A stretch of DNA of 64,000 bases from Octopus bimaculoides (lineage: Eukaryota): positions 126,843,517 through 126,907,516 of the forward strand of contig NC_068984.1 in assembly GCF_001194135.2 (NCBI RefSeq), given 5' to 3'. The position numbers and the translations under genes are program-made. Within the stretch, counting starts at the first letter, position 1. The number at the start of each line of letters is the position of its first letter. The notes beneath the pieces are model-generated. The model had not been told where the DNA came from and ran no database searches. It saw only the letters and a program-made list of their open reading frames with translations. This document shows, piece by piece, positions 25,441 through 38,470 of the stretch.

Positions 25441-25779
25441 AACATAACATTTATTTTTATCTAAAGCAGGTTTGATGGTCGCATGGGGGAAGGCGATATC
25501 CCTGGAAGTTCAAACAATGAATTTTAGCAGTACAAGATCTGTAATAATTCCTTCTACTAAAGGCAGAAAGCCTGAAATTTTATGGGGTAGGGTTAGTCAA
25601 TTACGACCCCAGTACTCCATCGACCCCAGTACCCAACTGGTACTTATTTTACAATAATGCCATCAGTTTTATTTCTGCCAAGACTGTTATTTCCTTAAAA
25701 GTCAGATATTTATATCCTTAAAATCTGACTGAATCACTTTAGGGTTATTCTGAAAGTTTACCTAAGTCAGCTGGTTTTT

Positions 25780-26335
25780 GCAAATTCAATGACACTGGCA
25801 CTGAAAACGGTTTGAAGCAAATGAAACACATAGATGGCATGCAATTATCTGAGAAACGTGTGAAAGCATTAGAATATTTGCAATCAGGTGATTCGAAGCT
25901 TAAAGCTTAATGCGTGCGTTGAATTCATCCAACAGCTTGAAATAATTTCGAGATTTAAGGCGATTGAATAAAAATAAAAAAAAAGGGAAGTAAGAACGAA
26001 CTTGATACAATACGACTGTGTCACATGATGATTGAAACAAATATAAATCTGATTATGGATATCGCTTTTGTGAATATAAGCATGCGCCATCTAATTGTCC
26101 TGCATTTGATAAAATTTGCATGAAGTGTAGAAAAAAGAATCACGTTTAGGTATTATGTAAATCTACAAAAACGTTTGAGGAAACCAAAAAGGAAAATTTG
26201 CTGAAATTGGTATAATGACCTCTACAATGAACAATGTGAATTTCAGTTATATTAAATTTAAGATGTAAATTAATACTGACGATCAGGTTACTGCAATATC
26301 TTAGAATTCCTGGATGCATTTGATTAAATCTAAAT
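25780..26335 (+). mobile_element. Gypsy-type LTR retrotransposon gag zinc knuckle / protease remnant
   Basis: From 26051: DYGYRFCEYKHAPSNCPAFDKICMKCRKKNHV*VLCKS (Cx2Cx4Hx4C). Downstream FKM*INTDDQVTAIS resembles the protease FKIDTGAQVTAI motif. Confidence 0.65.
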
Positions 26336-26434
26336 TAAGAAAGTGTGATCTCAAACGAAGAGTTTGACGGATCATTAGAATATTTGACACATTAATGAAA
26401 TTAATAAGATTACAGAGGTTGTGAAATTATTGTT

Positions 26435-26766
26435 AGGAGTGGCTGTGTGGTAAGTAGCTTGCTTACCAACCACATGGTTCTGGGTTCAGTCCCACTGCGT
26501 GGCACCTTGGGCAAGTGTCTTCTACTATAGCCTCGGGCCGACCAAAGCCTTGTGAGTGGATTTGGTAGATGGAAACTGAAAGAAGCCCGTCGTATATATG
26601 TATATATATATATATATATATGTGTATGTGTTTGTCCCCCAAGCATTGCTTGACAACCGATGCTGGTGTGTTTATGTCACCGTCACTTAGCGGTTCGGCA
26701 AAAGAGACCGATAGAATAAGTACTAGGCTTACAAAGAATAAGTCCCGGGGTTGATTTGCTCGACTA
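26435..26766 (+). mobile_element. SINE family A, near-consensus (young-looking) copy running into gap
   Basis: Nearly identical by eye to the copy at 57519-57834. Confidence 0.9.
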
Positions 26767-28149
26767 NNNNNNNNNNNNNNNNNNNNNNNNNNNNNNNNNN
26801 NNNNNNNNNNNNNNNNNNNNNNNNNNNNNNNNNNNNNNNNNNNNNNNNNNNNNNNNNNNNNNNNNNNNNNNNNNNNNNNNNNNNNNNNNNNNNNNNNNNN
26901 NNNNNNNNNNNNNNNNNNNNNNNNNNNNNNNNNNNNNNNNNNNNNNNNNNNNNNNNNNNNNNNNNNNNNNNNNNNNNNNNNNNNNNNNNNNNNNNNNNNN
27001 NNNNNNNNNNNNNNNNNNNNNNNNNNNNNNNNNNNNNNNNNNNNNNNNNNNNNNNNNNNNNNNNNNNNNNNNNNNNNNNNNNNNNNNNNNNNNNNNNNNN
27101 NNNNNNNNNNNNNNNNNNNNNNNNNNNNNNNNNNNNNNNNNNNNNNNNNNNNNNNNNNNNNNNNNNNNNNNNNNNNNNNNNNNNNNNNNNNNNNNNNNNN
27201 NNNNNNNNNNNNNNNNNNNNNNNNNNNNNNNNNNNNNNNNNNNNNNNNNNNNNNNNNNNNNNNNNNNNNNNNNNNNNNNNNNNNNNNNNNNNNNNNNNNN
27301 NNNNNNNNNNNNNNNNNNNNNNNNNNNNNNNNNNNNNNNNNNNNNNNNNNNNNNNNNNNNNNNNNNNNNNNNNNNNNNNNNNNNNNNNNNNNNNNNNNNN
27401 NNNNNNNNNNNNNNNNNNNNNNNNNNNNNNNNNNNNNNNNNNNNNNNNNNNNNNNNNNNNNNNNNNNNNNNNNNNNNNNNNNNNNNNNNNNNNNNNNNNN
27501 NNNNNNNNNNNNNNNNNNNNNNNNNNNNNNNNNNNNNNNNNNNNNNNNNNNNNNNNNNNNNNNNNNNNNNNNNNNNNNNNNNNNNNNNNNNNNNNNNNNN
27601 NNNNNNNNNNNNNNNNNNNNNNNNNNNNNNNNNNNNNNNNNNNNNNNNNNNNNNNNNNNNNNNNNNNNNNNNNNNNNNNNNNNNNNNNNNNNNNNNNNNN
27701 NNNNNNNNNNNNNNNNNTATTACCCATAAAGGGCTATACAAAGAATTTTTAAGACATCACAAAACATAAAGACAGTACAAAACGCAAACATAAAATCGGG
27801 GTAATTAAAATAAAATGATAATATGCAAGAATGAAAAAAATGAGGCGCAATGTCCACTCGATCCCCGAAGTCGGGTGGTTACATTTATCCAGTTTTTCAC
27901 TTTTACGTTCAACGTCATGTAAACATTTTAACGGTTTTGTAACTCAAAAAATTCAAACACTCGCGTTACCTTTCTTCCATTAATCATTGTTATGTCCGTC
28001 CTTAACAACTGCAAATAATCAGTTCTAGTGGGTGGTGTCTCCACTAACCATATCCGTCTCGTTTTATATTTTCACCAAGTTCTTTTATGCACTCGAAGCA
28101 TCTTTCCTCACGTATCAAAATGCATTTTTCAGCACATTTCTCAGGCATT

Positions 28150-28294
28150 TTCGCCACCATCCCCTGCCGAAGCCTCGTGGAGCTTTTAGGTGTTTTCGCT
28201 CAATAAGCACTCACAACACCCGGTGTGGGAATCGAAACCGCGATCCTATGACCGCGAGTCCGCTGCTCTAACCACTGGGCCATTGTGCCTCCAC
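28150..28294 (-). mobile_element. SINE family B, 5' 145 bp only
   Basis: Reverse complement of the B head through GGGGATGGTGGCGAA. Confidence 0.85.
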
Positions 28295-28504
28295 TACATA
28301 ATGGTATAAATATGTGAACATGACTAATGTGAAGATACGAGACTTACTTGACACTGTTTACGCGTACTTTCTTTGATGCCAACTCTGTAAGACATAGAGA
28401 AAGATGAAAAATACTAAGTATATCATGAAATAGTGAGATAAAACAATAATTGTTGTTTTGGAGTAATTTCAGTAACTCTGCTGAAGTAACCAAAAACATA
28501 GTAA

Positions 28505-28760
28505 TCTATATATATAAAAATGAGAATGTGTGTCTGTCTGTCTGTCTGTGTGAATCCCTAAAACTCGAGAACTACGCAACCAATTTCATTCAAATTTTAC
28601 AGATGCCTTACTTAGGGTTCCAGTTGTGTTTTAGTCAAAAAAAATTTTAACTTCTTGCAGAGTTCGAGCCCACAGCAACATAATATCTCCTCTACTATTT
28701 AAGTATTACGTGTCAAAAGTGAAACAAAAACACTCATGTCAAATACTTTCACTTTTGGAA
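28505..28760 (+). mobile_element. Second copy of the Helitron-like element 5' part
   Basis: A|TCTATATATATAAAAATGAGAATG, (GTCT)n, and a shared body through GTCAAATACTTTCACTTT. Confidence 0.6.
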
Positions 28761-28907
28761 TGGGTTTTAAACTCTACTTACCAAGATGAAAAATTAAAGG
28801 CATTGGAAGGGCGATGTATACCCTACGCACAGATAATTTTTTTTTTGCAAATTACTGTGTGGTTTACAATGCGTTGCTTATCCATGCTTTTTAATTGAAC
28901 TGAATTT

Positions 28908-29342
28908 TTTTTTCAAGTATCACCATTATAAATATTTATACACCTGTGAAATTAAGAAATCAAGTCACAAATAAATGAAACCCTCGAATCCATCAATGTA
29001 CACACACACACACATACACACACACATATACACACACAGAGAATTGCCTATGTATGTATGTATTTATGTAAACCCACACGTGTTTACATGCATAGGTACA
29101 CCATGGTCTATACATACACAGACGTGGGTTGATTCATATGAATAAGAAGGTGAACAAAATAATATGACCACTTGCTTATCAGGAAATTTGTACGATCTAA
29201 AAACTTTTTCGTTTTTTTTGTTTTGAGTATCACAATTATAAGTATTTATATTTCAGTGAAATTAAGAAATCAAGTCGTAAATAAACGAAACTCTCGAATC
29301 CCTTACTGTATACACACACACACACACTCACAAAGTCGCATA

Positions 29343-29378
<36 letters not shown>

Positions 29379-29510
29379 CCCACACGTTTAGGTGCATAGG
29401 TACACCGTTATCTATGCATACGCAAACGAGGGTTGATTCATATGAAAAAGAAAGTGAACAAAATAGTATGACCACTTGCTTATTGGGAAATTTGTAAGTT
29501 CAATTTTTTT
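28908..29510. repeat. Diverged tandem duplication, ~305-bp unit x2
   Basis: GTGAAATTAAGAAATCAAGTC..GGGTTGATTCATATGAA..GTGAACAAAATA.TATGACCACTTGCTTAT..GGAAATTTGTA occurs twice. Confidence 0.85.
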
Positions 29511-30755
29511 TCCCCAAAGATAATCAAACCAAATGTTCATCATTTCGAGCCACTCACCCAATGAGTATTTCTGCTAAATGTGAAAATCTGTTCAGCCATT
29601 TTTCCAGTAATTTTTCAAACACAGACAAACAGATGGAGACTAGTGATTACAATACTCTGCTTGCACTTACATGCATAGTGTAAAAGTAGAGCCTAAATAG
29701 AAACTACAATTTGTTTTGACAGCGATGTAGTGTCCATTTGTCAAGTAACATACAATCAGCTTGACAAAAACGTAGTGCCAATGTGATGGTGATGTACGAT
29801 CTAGTATTAAATAAAACCCAAGAGCAATCCACCCACACTCCACTGAAGCGTTGTTACTCAGTGGAGTTACTCAGACACACGGCCTGAAATTTTCGACCCC
29901 ATTATTTATTTCGAGCCCACACGGCCTGAAATCTTCGACCCCGTTGTTTATTTCTTCGATCCTGAGAGGATGAAAGACAAAGTCGACCACAGCGGATGTT
30001 TAATTCAGAACGTGGAGGCGAACGAAACGCCCCTAAGCATTTTGTCCAGCGCGCTGATTCTGCCAGCTCGCCACCTTGATGATGATGATGATGATGATGG
30101 TGAGAAGAAAAAGAAGAAAGAAGATAAAAATGGAGGAGGAGGAGGAGGAGGAAGAGAGGCGTTGAGGAAGGGAGGGAAGAATAGAGAATATATGGGTGTT
30201 CAATATGAAAGAATGCTGGTTGACTGCCCCGAAAAAAATCCAATAAAACTCATCAAAAAAGAGAAAAGAAAAAGGAAAAAAAGAAAGAAAAAACTGAATA
30301 AAAAATTAAAAATACAAAGAAAACGTTGAAGGATAATTGTGTAATTAATACTTGTAGAACAATATTGATCGTTACCTCATATAATTAATGAATTACGAAC
30401 GTTCACAGTGGCCGACAATCTGATACTATGTATAAACAAACTATTGAGTCACAGTTCATATCAACACCAAGCTGATTCAGTTTCTCCACCGAGCATGCCA
30501 AATAATAGAAATAAAAACCACATTCAGCCCAGGTTGAATAGCAATGAAATATGTATTTGAATCTAATGCATGAAGAAATACGGAGAATAGAGTGGGCGAC
30601 ACTCGGCACGGCCAAAACGAAATAAACCGGCGCATTGAGAAAGTTATGACAGTCTAAGTAAAAGCTAGGCTTCACGTTCTGGGTTCGCAAATAGAACAGA
30701 AAATATATAAATGGATACTAGATGAACATGTTTCTATTGTTCATATGTTACAGCG

Positions 30756-31127
30756 GTGGAGGCGCAATGGCCCAGTGGTTAGGGCAGCGGACTCGCGATC
30801 ATAGGATTGCGGTTTCGATTCCCAGACCGGGCGTTGTGAGTGTTTATTGAGCAAAAACACCTAAAGCTCCACGAGGCTCCGGCAGGGGATGGTGGCGAAC
30901 CTTGCTGTACTCTTCCACCACAGCTTTCTTCCTGTTTCTGTTGTGTCTGTAATTCAAAGGGTCAGCCTTGTCACACTGTGTTACGCTGAATATCCCCGAG
31001 AACTACGTTAAGGGTACACGTATCTGTGGATTGCTCAGCCACTTGCACGTTAATTTCACGAGCAGGCTGTTCCGTTGATCGGATCGACTGGAACCCTCGA
31101 CGTCGTAAGCGACGGAGTACCAACAAC
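30756..31127 (+). mobile_element. SINE family B, full length, 9-11-bp TSD
   Basis: TSD ATGTTACAG(CG) at 30745 and ATGTTACAG(TG) at 31128; highly similar to 6671-7061. Confidence 0.92.
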
Positions 31128-31267
31128 ATGTTACAGTGATACTTTACACCAGTGCTTCTTAAAATATTTGTTTAACTAGCACTCCTTTCTTTTAAATCAA
31201 CACTTTTTCAATATTTCGTTGCTACATTTCAGCAAACTTAAGTATACCATATATATATATATATATA

Positions 31268-32754
31268 CCGTAAATCTTCGAGTATAGTCCGCCCTTGAGT
31301 TTAATACGCAGGGAATTTTTAGGGGGCTGTACTTATGAAAAACCTAAACCTTGTGTATAATACGCACCCCTTCTCTAACATGAGTCAAGGTCTATATAAC
31401 GTCCTTGGTTTGTAAACGTATAAACGGTAACGTCCTTTATTATTATTGTATATATAACATAATGCAAACGTGTAGCTTTTTTGTGCACTTTGCTTGCAGA
31501 AAATATAGAAATAACAGTAATAATGTCAGTAAAAAATAAATATTAAGTAAATTGCCTTTACATATTTGTAAGGGACGACCGTGCGAACTCATAAAAGGAG
31601 AAATGGTGACGAATGGAAGAAACAGAGGACTCCTTTTATTTAAACGTGTCACACGGTCGAACATACAAATATATATATCAAATGATGATATAGATGATAT
31701 GCTATACGACGATAACATAGATGACCAGTAATGAAAGACCACAACCGTATTAGATGAATAACAGAGATATTTATTATGGCGTTAAAGTGTATGTCTGTGT
31801 GAGAGTGTGAATGCGACATATAATAACATAATCAAAGACAGGCCGTCATACAAAGAAAAGTGTGTATGTGAGTTGGCTGAGTTTGGCAGAGCTGATCACT
31901 TGTTGTGATCTCGTGGCATCGATGCCGGGCCGTGATTCTTGTTATACAGATGTTCGTCGCTGGCTGAGAATTTCTTGTCTGTTTAAGAACTCTTGTCTGT
32001 TTATTTACCGTGGTGAAGCTGAGTCACCTAACAGAATCGAAGAGAGAGATGTGCCGCGGTAGTTTGGTGTGGTGTACATAGTAAGTCGTGTTGACGCTGG
32101 TGGAGATTGATGCTCGGTCGTAGTAATCGTAGAATCGTGTTGGTCATGACGATGATGCTGGATAGTAGTCGTAGACTCTTGTTGCTGATGTGGCGACGGC
32201 GGTGGTCNNNNNNNNNNNNNNNNNNNNNNNNNNNNNNNNNNNNNNNNNNNNNNNNNNNNNNNNNNNNNNNNNNNNNNNNNNNNNNNNNNNNNNNNNNNNN
32301 NNNNNNNNNNNNNNNNNNNNNNNNNNNNNNNNNNNNNNNNNNNNNNNNNNNNNNNNNNNNNNNNNNNNNNNNNNNNNNNNNNNNNNNNNNNNNNNNNNNN
32401 NNNNNNNNNNNNNNNNNNNNNNNNNNNNNNNNNNNNNNNNNNNNNNNNNNNNNNNNNNNNNNNNNNNNNNNNNNNNNNNNNNNNTGCCGATTCGAATATT
32501 AATCAGTCACGTGATGACAAGGAATGGGTTCTCTACTACGCTCGCATTTATTTGTATTTAAATGAGAAGATTGTATGTAATGGCGATAGTAGTTTTGTAT
32601 CTAATGGCGGGAGGTAGTTTCACTACATATTTATCACTTAGAAAATTTTGTTTAGAAAATATTTTTCATTGTTAACCTCGTATATAGTACACACTAGAAA
32701 TTTTGTCCATTAAATTCTGAAAAAAAAGTGCGGTTTATACTCGAGGATTTACGG
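31268..32754. mobile_element. pogo/Tigger-like (Tc1-mariner superfamily) MITE, ~420 bp once the nested LTR is removed
   Basis: TA|CCGTAAATCTTCGAGTATAGTCCGC at the left end; GCGGTTTATACTCGAGGATTTACGG|TA at the right end (18/19 match over the core TIR). Confidence 0.88.
31567..32627 (-). mobile_element. Solo LTR (copy F1), TGTA...TACA termini, 4-bp TSD TATT, nested in the pogo-like MITE
   Basis: TSD TATT at 31563-31566 and 32628-32631. Both ends match the reverse complement of 34008-35099. Confidence 0.85.
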
Positions 32755-32756
32755 TA

Positions 32757-33237
32757 CTTTTCTACTCTAGGTTCAAGGCCCGAAAGTTTTAGGGAGGTGA
32801 CCAGTCGATTAGATCGACCAGTATGCAACTGGTACTAAATCTATGGACCCCGAAAGGATGAAAGGCAAAGTCGACCTCGGCGGAATTTGAGCCCAGAACA
32901 TAAAGACGGACGAAATACCGCCAAGCATTTCGCCCGGCGTGCTAACGTTTCTACCAGCTTGCCGCCTTCCAGATGTATATATAGGCACAATAATGGCTGT
33001 GTGGATAAGAAATTCGCTTTGCAACCATGTAGTTTCGAGTTCAATCCCATCGTGCAGTACTCACGACAAGATTATATTGAACCTCAGTGTTCTAATGGTA
33101 CTTATTTTATTCGCCCCCGAAAGGACGAAGAGCAAAGTTGACCTGGGCGGAATTTGAACTCAGAACGTAAAGACGGACGAAATGCCGCTAAGCATTTTGT
33201 CCGACGTGCTAACGATTCTGCCACTTCCCCGCCTTAA
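32757..33237 (-). mobile_element. Two tandem SINE C copies (32757-32968, 33068-33237) separated by an A-head fragment (32985-33060,+)
   Basis: Both show GAAAGGATGAAAGGCAAAGTCGACCTCGGCGGAATTTGA..CAGAAC.TAAAGACGGACGAAAT. Confidence 0.85.
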
Positions 33238-33399
33238 AACAAATAATTCCAAATGAAATCACAACTAACGAACACAAAGCAAACAACAAAAATAAAACAC
33301 GGAGAAGGCAAATCCCCGTTTATAGACCCAGCACGTTTAAAAAAAAAGTAAAAAACAAAGTAAATAACGAAAGAAAAAAACTAAACCCTGGAACATTAA

Positions 33400-35692
33400 C
33401 AGAACGTTGACTAATAAAAACCAACAACACAAACAAAAATATCAATAAAAGGAAATGTTAGGAAAATTGAAGAATAAGAAATTCTAAAGACGAAATTCAT
33501 GAATATAGCAATATAACGATGGAATTAATTTTTAATAATTAAAAACAACAGATCTCCTTGTGGACCAGCGAAAGTATATTCCAAGGATAAAACTGAAAGA
33601 TAAAATAACACGACAATTATAATACGCAAAGCTAGCTATTATACGCTCAGTGAAAACGGGTACAGACATCAATATCACGTGGTTAAAACGGAAAAATATT
33701 ATGCAGTAGATTCTGAAGTTACAAAAGAAAAATAGGCAGTTTCTCAGATCTACTCATTTAGGTATATCAAAAATCCAAGCAAACAACACGAGAAACAAAT
33801 TTATAAGAACATAGGATATAAGAAGAAAAAAAATCATCTCTCAGTCTGTCATGAAATTAACGAAACAACATAGATAGATAGATAGATAGAACACTAAGTA
33901 CTAGTACAGATGTTTAATTAGATCTAACTCACTAACAGGAAACCATTCTAAGACTCGAGAAACAACGAATCCTAGACATACAGACTTATTGCCTTCGTAC
34001 AACCAACTGTAGTGAAACTACCTCCCGCCATTAGATACAAAACTGCTATCGCCATTCTTCTCATTTAAATATAAATAAACGCGAGCGTAGTGGAAAACAC
34101 CAGCCTTGTCATCACGTGACTGATTATTATTTGAAGCGGCAAATTCTTCGAACCTTTCCCGCCAGAACGCAAACTGACCAATCACGGCCCCTAATAAGGT
34201 CACGTGATAGAGTAAAATTCTGAAGCCATTTGGAGCCCCCTTAACGCCTTAAATAGATCAACTCATACCCAANNNNNNNNNNNNNNNNNNNNNNNNNNNN
34301 NNNNNNNNNNNNNNNNNNNNNNNNNNNNNNNNNNNNNNNNNNNNNNNNNNNNNNNNNNNNNNNNNNNNNNNNNNNNNNNNNNNNNNNNNNNNNNNNNNNN
34401 NNNNNNNNNNNNNNNNNNNNNNNNNNNNNNNNNNNNNNNNNNNNNNNNNNNNNNNNNNNNNNNNNNNNNNNNNNNNNNNNNNNNNNNNNNNNNNNNNNNN
34501 NNNNNNNNNNNNNNNNNNNNNNNNNNNNNNNNNNNNNNNNNNNNNNNNNNNNNNNNNNNNNNNNNNNNNNNNNNNNNNNNNNNNNNNNNNNNNNNNNNNN
34601 NNNNNNNNNNNNNNNNNNNNNNNNNNNNNNNNNNNNNNNNNNNNNNNNNNNNNNNNNNNNNNNNNNNNNNNNNNNNNNNNNNNNNNNNNNNNNNNNNNNN
34701 NNNNNNNNNNNNNNNNNNNNNNNNNNNNNNNNNNNNNNNNNNNNNNNNNNNNNNNNNNNNNNNNNNNNNNNNNNNNNNNNNNNNNNNNNNNNNNNNNNNN
34801 NNACTTTTCTTTGTATGACGGCCTGTCTTTGATTATGTTCTTATATGTCGCATTCACACTCTCACACAGACATACATCTTTAACGCTACAATAAATATTT
34901 CTGTTATTCATCTTATACGGTTGTGGTTTTTTCATTACTGGTCATCTATGTTATCGTCGCATAACATATCATGTATATCATCATATCTGATATATATTAT
35001 TGTGTGTTCGGCCGTGTGACACGTTTAAATAAAAGGAGTCCTCTGTTTTTCCATTCGTCACCATTTCTCCTTTTTGAGTTCGCACGGTCGTTCCTTACAC
35101 AACAAAATCTTAACTACAATGATATCAAAGAGAATAAATATATACATGGAGGAAAAAAAAAGCACAACTTTTTTCCAGGAGAGCAGAAGTAATACTGCAA
35201 AGGATCAGCTAACTGTAAAGATAAATTACTGATCAACAAAGCCATAAACAGAAGACTGTTGAAGCAAAAATGGTTTGAGCATGATATAAATTGACAACCA
35301 GAAGAGTTTTGAAAGTGTTCTCTCACACGTTTCTCTGGGAAATATTGGTAATGATTAGAATAACGCCAGCAATAAGTAGATAGAGTAAACATGTCTCAAG
35401 TAAATGCTAAATAATTTTACATATCCAACAAAATAGGAATTAGTTATTTAGATGAATATTGCAGAGTTTCTCTCCATTCTTTTTCTGATTCATGTTAATA
35501 TCTTTAACCATATTAAACTAGATTGGAGTTGGATACAGATGCTATGGGATAACGATCACCGTCTTTTGTATACGGTCGACCTCAGTTGTACACTGCAGAT
35601 GATAAACAAAACACTGCTGCAGAGAGTATATAGATTTATTAGGGAAATCGATTTGAAATTTAGATTGGGAAAATTCGACAAAGCAATCTTGA

Positions 35693-35774
<82 letters not shown>

Positions 35775-36662
35775 ATTAATGGGCTGAAATTTTTGTTAAG
35801 GCTAGCAAATTTTAGAGGAGAGGCTTAGTTGATACAACAGAGGCTAGTACTTGACAAATACTTCATTATTTCTACCCCGCAGGATTGAAAGGCGTAACTG
35901 ATCCTTGTAGAATTCGAACTCAGAAAGTAATGAGTTGGAAGAAATACCTCTAGGCATTTTATCCAGCACTCACACGATGTTGTCTGCTTACAAATATCAT
36001 GCAAGATAAAGAAAGTGAGATAAGAGAATTAATTCAAGCGCAGAGTAACAAATACTTGGGAATCGACGAGTTAGACGGAATACAACAAACATACAACTGA
36101 AAGAAAAGGTTACACAATAGACGTATTAGATTAAAATTAAAAACCAGGCTAAATCAAAAATTAAGATAATAGGAATTAATATTGTAGCTTTTCTAGTAAT
36201 AAATTATAGTTATAATATTCTTAGAACACTTAATGAACTGGCAGCATCTGGCAAAAAAAGAAAAATAATAACGACTGAATTTAGAATACACCACTTAAAA
36301 TCTGGCATAGAAAAATATTTAGTGCAAATACAATGTTGGAATAAGGGAACTATGTAACTAGAAAACTATCAGAAAATATTCACTGCAGAATTATAAAAAT
36401 ATCCAGCAAAGAGAAATGGTAAACTATAACAAATAGCTACAAAATTTGAATAAAAAAACTTATTTTCTGTTTTCATGAAAGCCAACAGATAGAAAACAGA
36501 AGCTGAAATGACAGACCAATAGGAAGGGAAGAGAGGAAAACTGTAGAAACTACGAAAATGAGTTAAATGCCACGGTTAAATGATGGCAAGAAAAAGTCCC
36601 TACATGGCCAAAACTTGATAAAATTGAATAGGATGGAAATATAAAAAGAAAAATTGCTAAAC
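33400..36662 (+). mobile_element. R4/Dong-clade LINE, decayed RT region, interrupted by LTR F2, (GA)n and a SINE C
   Basis: TYRLIAFVQPT|NKILTTMISKR across the F2 site; PGEQK*YCKGSANCKDKLLINKAI; IDNQKSFESV; HRLLYTVDL (YMDD position); KYLGIDELDGIQ (36050); IIGINIVA..YSYNIL..HHLKS; SLHGQ (36595). The 5' boundary is uncertain. Confidence 0.8.
34008..35099 (+). mobile_element. Solo LTR (copy F2), TGTA...TACA termini, 4-bp TSD CAAC, nested in Dong RT
   Basis: TSD CAAC at 34004-34007 and 35100-35103. CCAAT at 34178, CACGTG boxes at 34113 and 34201, AATAAA at 35028. Confidence 0.87.
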
Positions 36663-36749
36663 TAGGCGCAGACATGGGTGTGAGGTTAAGAAACCCAATT
36701 TGGAATCGTTTGGTACCACTGCATGACTCATTAGCGTTATTGGGCGATT

Positions 36750-37570
36750 GGAATAACATTTTGGACGCATGAAGGGATTATGCGCATATAACCGAGAAGT
36801 GGGTGCAAAAGCTTTGTAAACCTTCTCAGACACTTCCAGTTGTTAGAAAGATTTCACCTTGCTTTTCTGAACACGCTAATTTGGAATTGGTCGAATTGCA
36901 GCGGGTTGTCCAGGTCGTATTTAGACAGAATTTTCATTTGGTTAACAAAGACAAGTTATTCATCACAGTTTTTAATAGTTTACTACTCTGACGATAAACT
37001 CGTCGCCTACACATCAACTTAGAACAGACCAATACAAAAGACCTGTTTTCTGGAAGCTGAAAGCGTCCTTTCCGATGCTGAATTACCAAATTAGTCAAGT
37101 GGGAGTTGAGGCTGCCATTATCACCAAACAGGTGGAGGGTCATGCAAAGACAAAAATTAGAATAGCATCGGTTAGATTTAGTAAAGAGATAGCTATAGAG
37201 AATAACAGAGTACAGAAATAGTTAACCACTTAGAAGAGGCTCAAGGAAGAAGTAAGGCAAATGACGGCGAGAAGGCCCTTGACCATTTCTTCGACGTTAA
37301 TCACGAAGAATACATTGGCCGTGCTAGGGTGTATGCGCTGAAACACGAGGGTACGAAAACCTTTAGATGGACTCGGTTGGTGGAAGTGCGGCCTGACAAC
37401 AAAAGCAGAATTCTTTCCGTGACAGACCATGATGGGCGCATACTCTCCGATTTCTAGCAGATGGGTGCGGTTTTCCAGTAGCACTTTGCCGAAATGTTTT
37501 CGATGAGCAACGAACTGGAGACGAGAAGAAAAGCTTTGATGCCTATCTTGATGGTTTTCTTCTCCCCTTG
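36750..37570 (+). mobile_element. L1/Tx1-clade LINE ORF2 fragment (endonuclease C-terminus + linker)
   Basis: WNWSNCSGLSRSYLDRIF..YSDDKLV, PVFWKLKAS (cf. SRIDR..SDH..PGxWKLN), then ARVYALKHEG..SRILSVTDHDGRIL..VFQ*HFAEMF. Confidence 0.7.
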
Positions 37571-37692
37571 GAGAACTTGTCTCATTGTCATTCTTTAAAG
37601 TAAAACGTACTTCGGAGGTGTACTGACCAGACAAGTGGTTTGATCTGAGACTGTGTATTAAAACCGAAAAAGATACAGTGAGGTAGACACAT

Positions 37693-37908
37693 ATTGATTT
37701 CAAATTTTGGCACATGGCCAGCAATTTCGGGGGAGGGGTAAGTCTATTACATCGACCCCAGTGCTCAACTGGTATTTGTTTTATTGACCCCGAAAGGATG
37801 AAAGGCAAAGTCGACATCGGCAGAATTTGAATTCAGAACATAAAGACGGACGAAATGCCGCTAAGTATTTTGCCCATACGCTAATGAGTCTGCTAGCTTT
37901 CCGCCTTA
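37693..37908 (-). mobile_element. SINE family C
   Basis: Full reverse-complement match to the C consensus. Confidence 0.85.
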
Positions 37909-38387
37909 AAGGAAGGCACATATTGGCCATAAAAAAAACCCCAAAGAACAAAGAAACTCACAAAGGCCGTTAATTTCATTAAAGCCAAGTTAACCGATCC
38001 ACTATGAACACCTATACTGAACAACTGACCCATATACATGAAAAAAATCAAAAACTTTGTAACCTTTTTATGCCGACCAACAACCTCGCCATAAACCAGA
38101 TACATGGATCCGCATCAATGACCAAGTCGTAGTTGGTGCGACGAATGTTTTAACATCAAATAATAAATGTTTAAGTGAAGTTAACAATCTTTGTGTATTT
38201 CTGAATGGTTAATCTGCGTTTTCCACTCGGTAAGAGTTTTTAATTACTGCTTTTCACTCGATTTAAACTTCAGTTTTAATGTATTTACTTTTCATCCTTG
38301 TATTGTCTTCAATGCCTTGGGACCATGTGACCAATAGAAGAAATCCTTCTTCTTCTTCTTCTTCTTCTTCTTCTTCTTCTTCTTCTT

Positions 38388-38417
<30 letters not shown>

Positions 38418-38470
<53 letters not shown>

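Noticed and set aside
33380-33760. Apparent RTE endonuclease motifs (WNI..RW)
   Set aside because: Better explained as the upstream, decayed part of the Dong element whose RT motifs follow directly.
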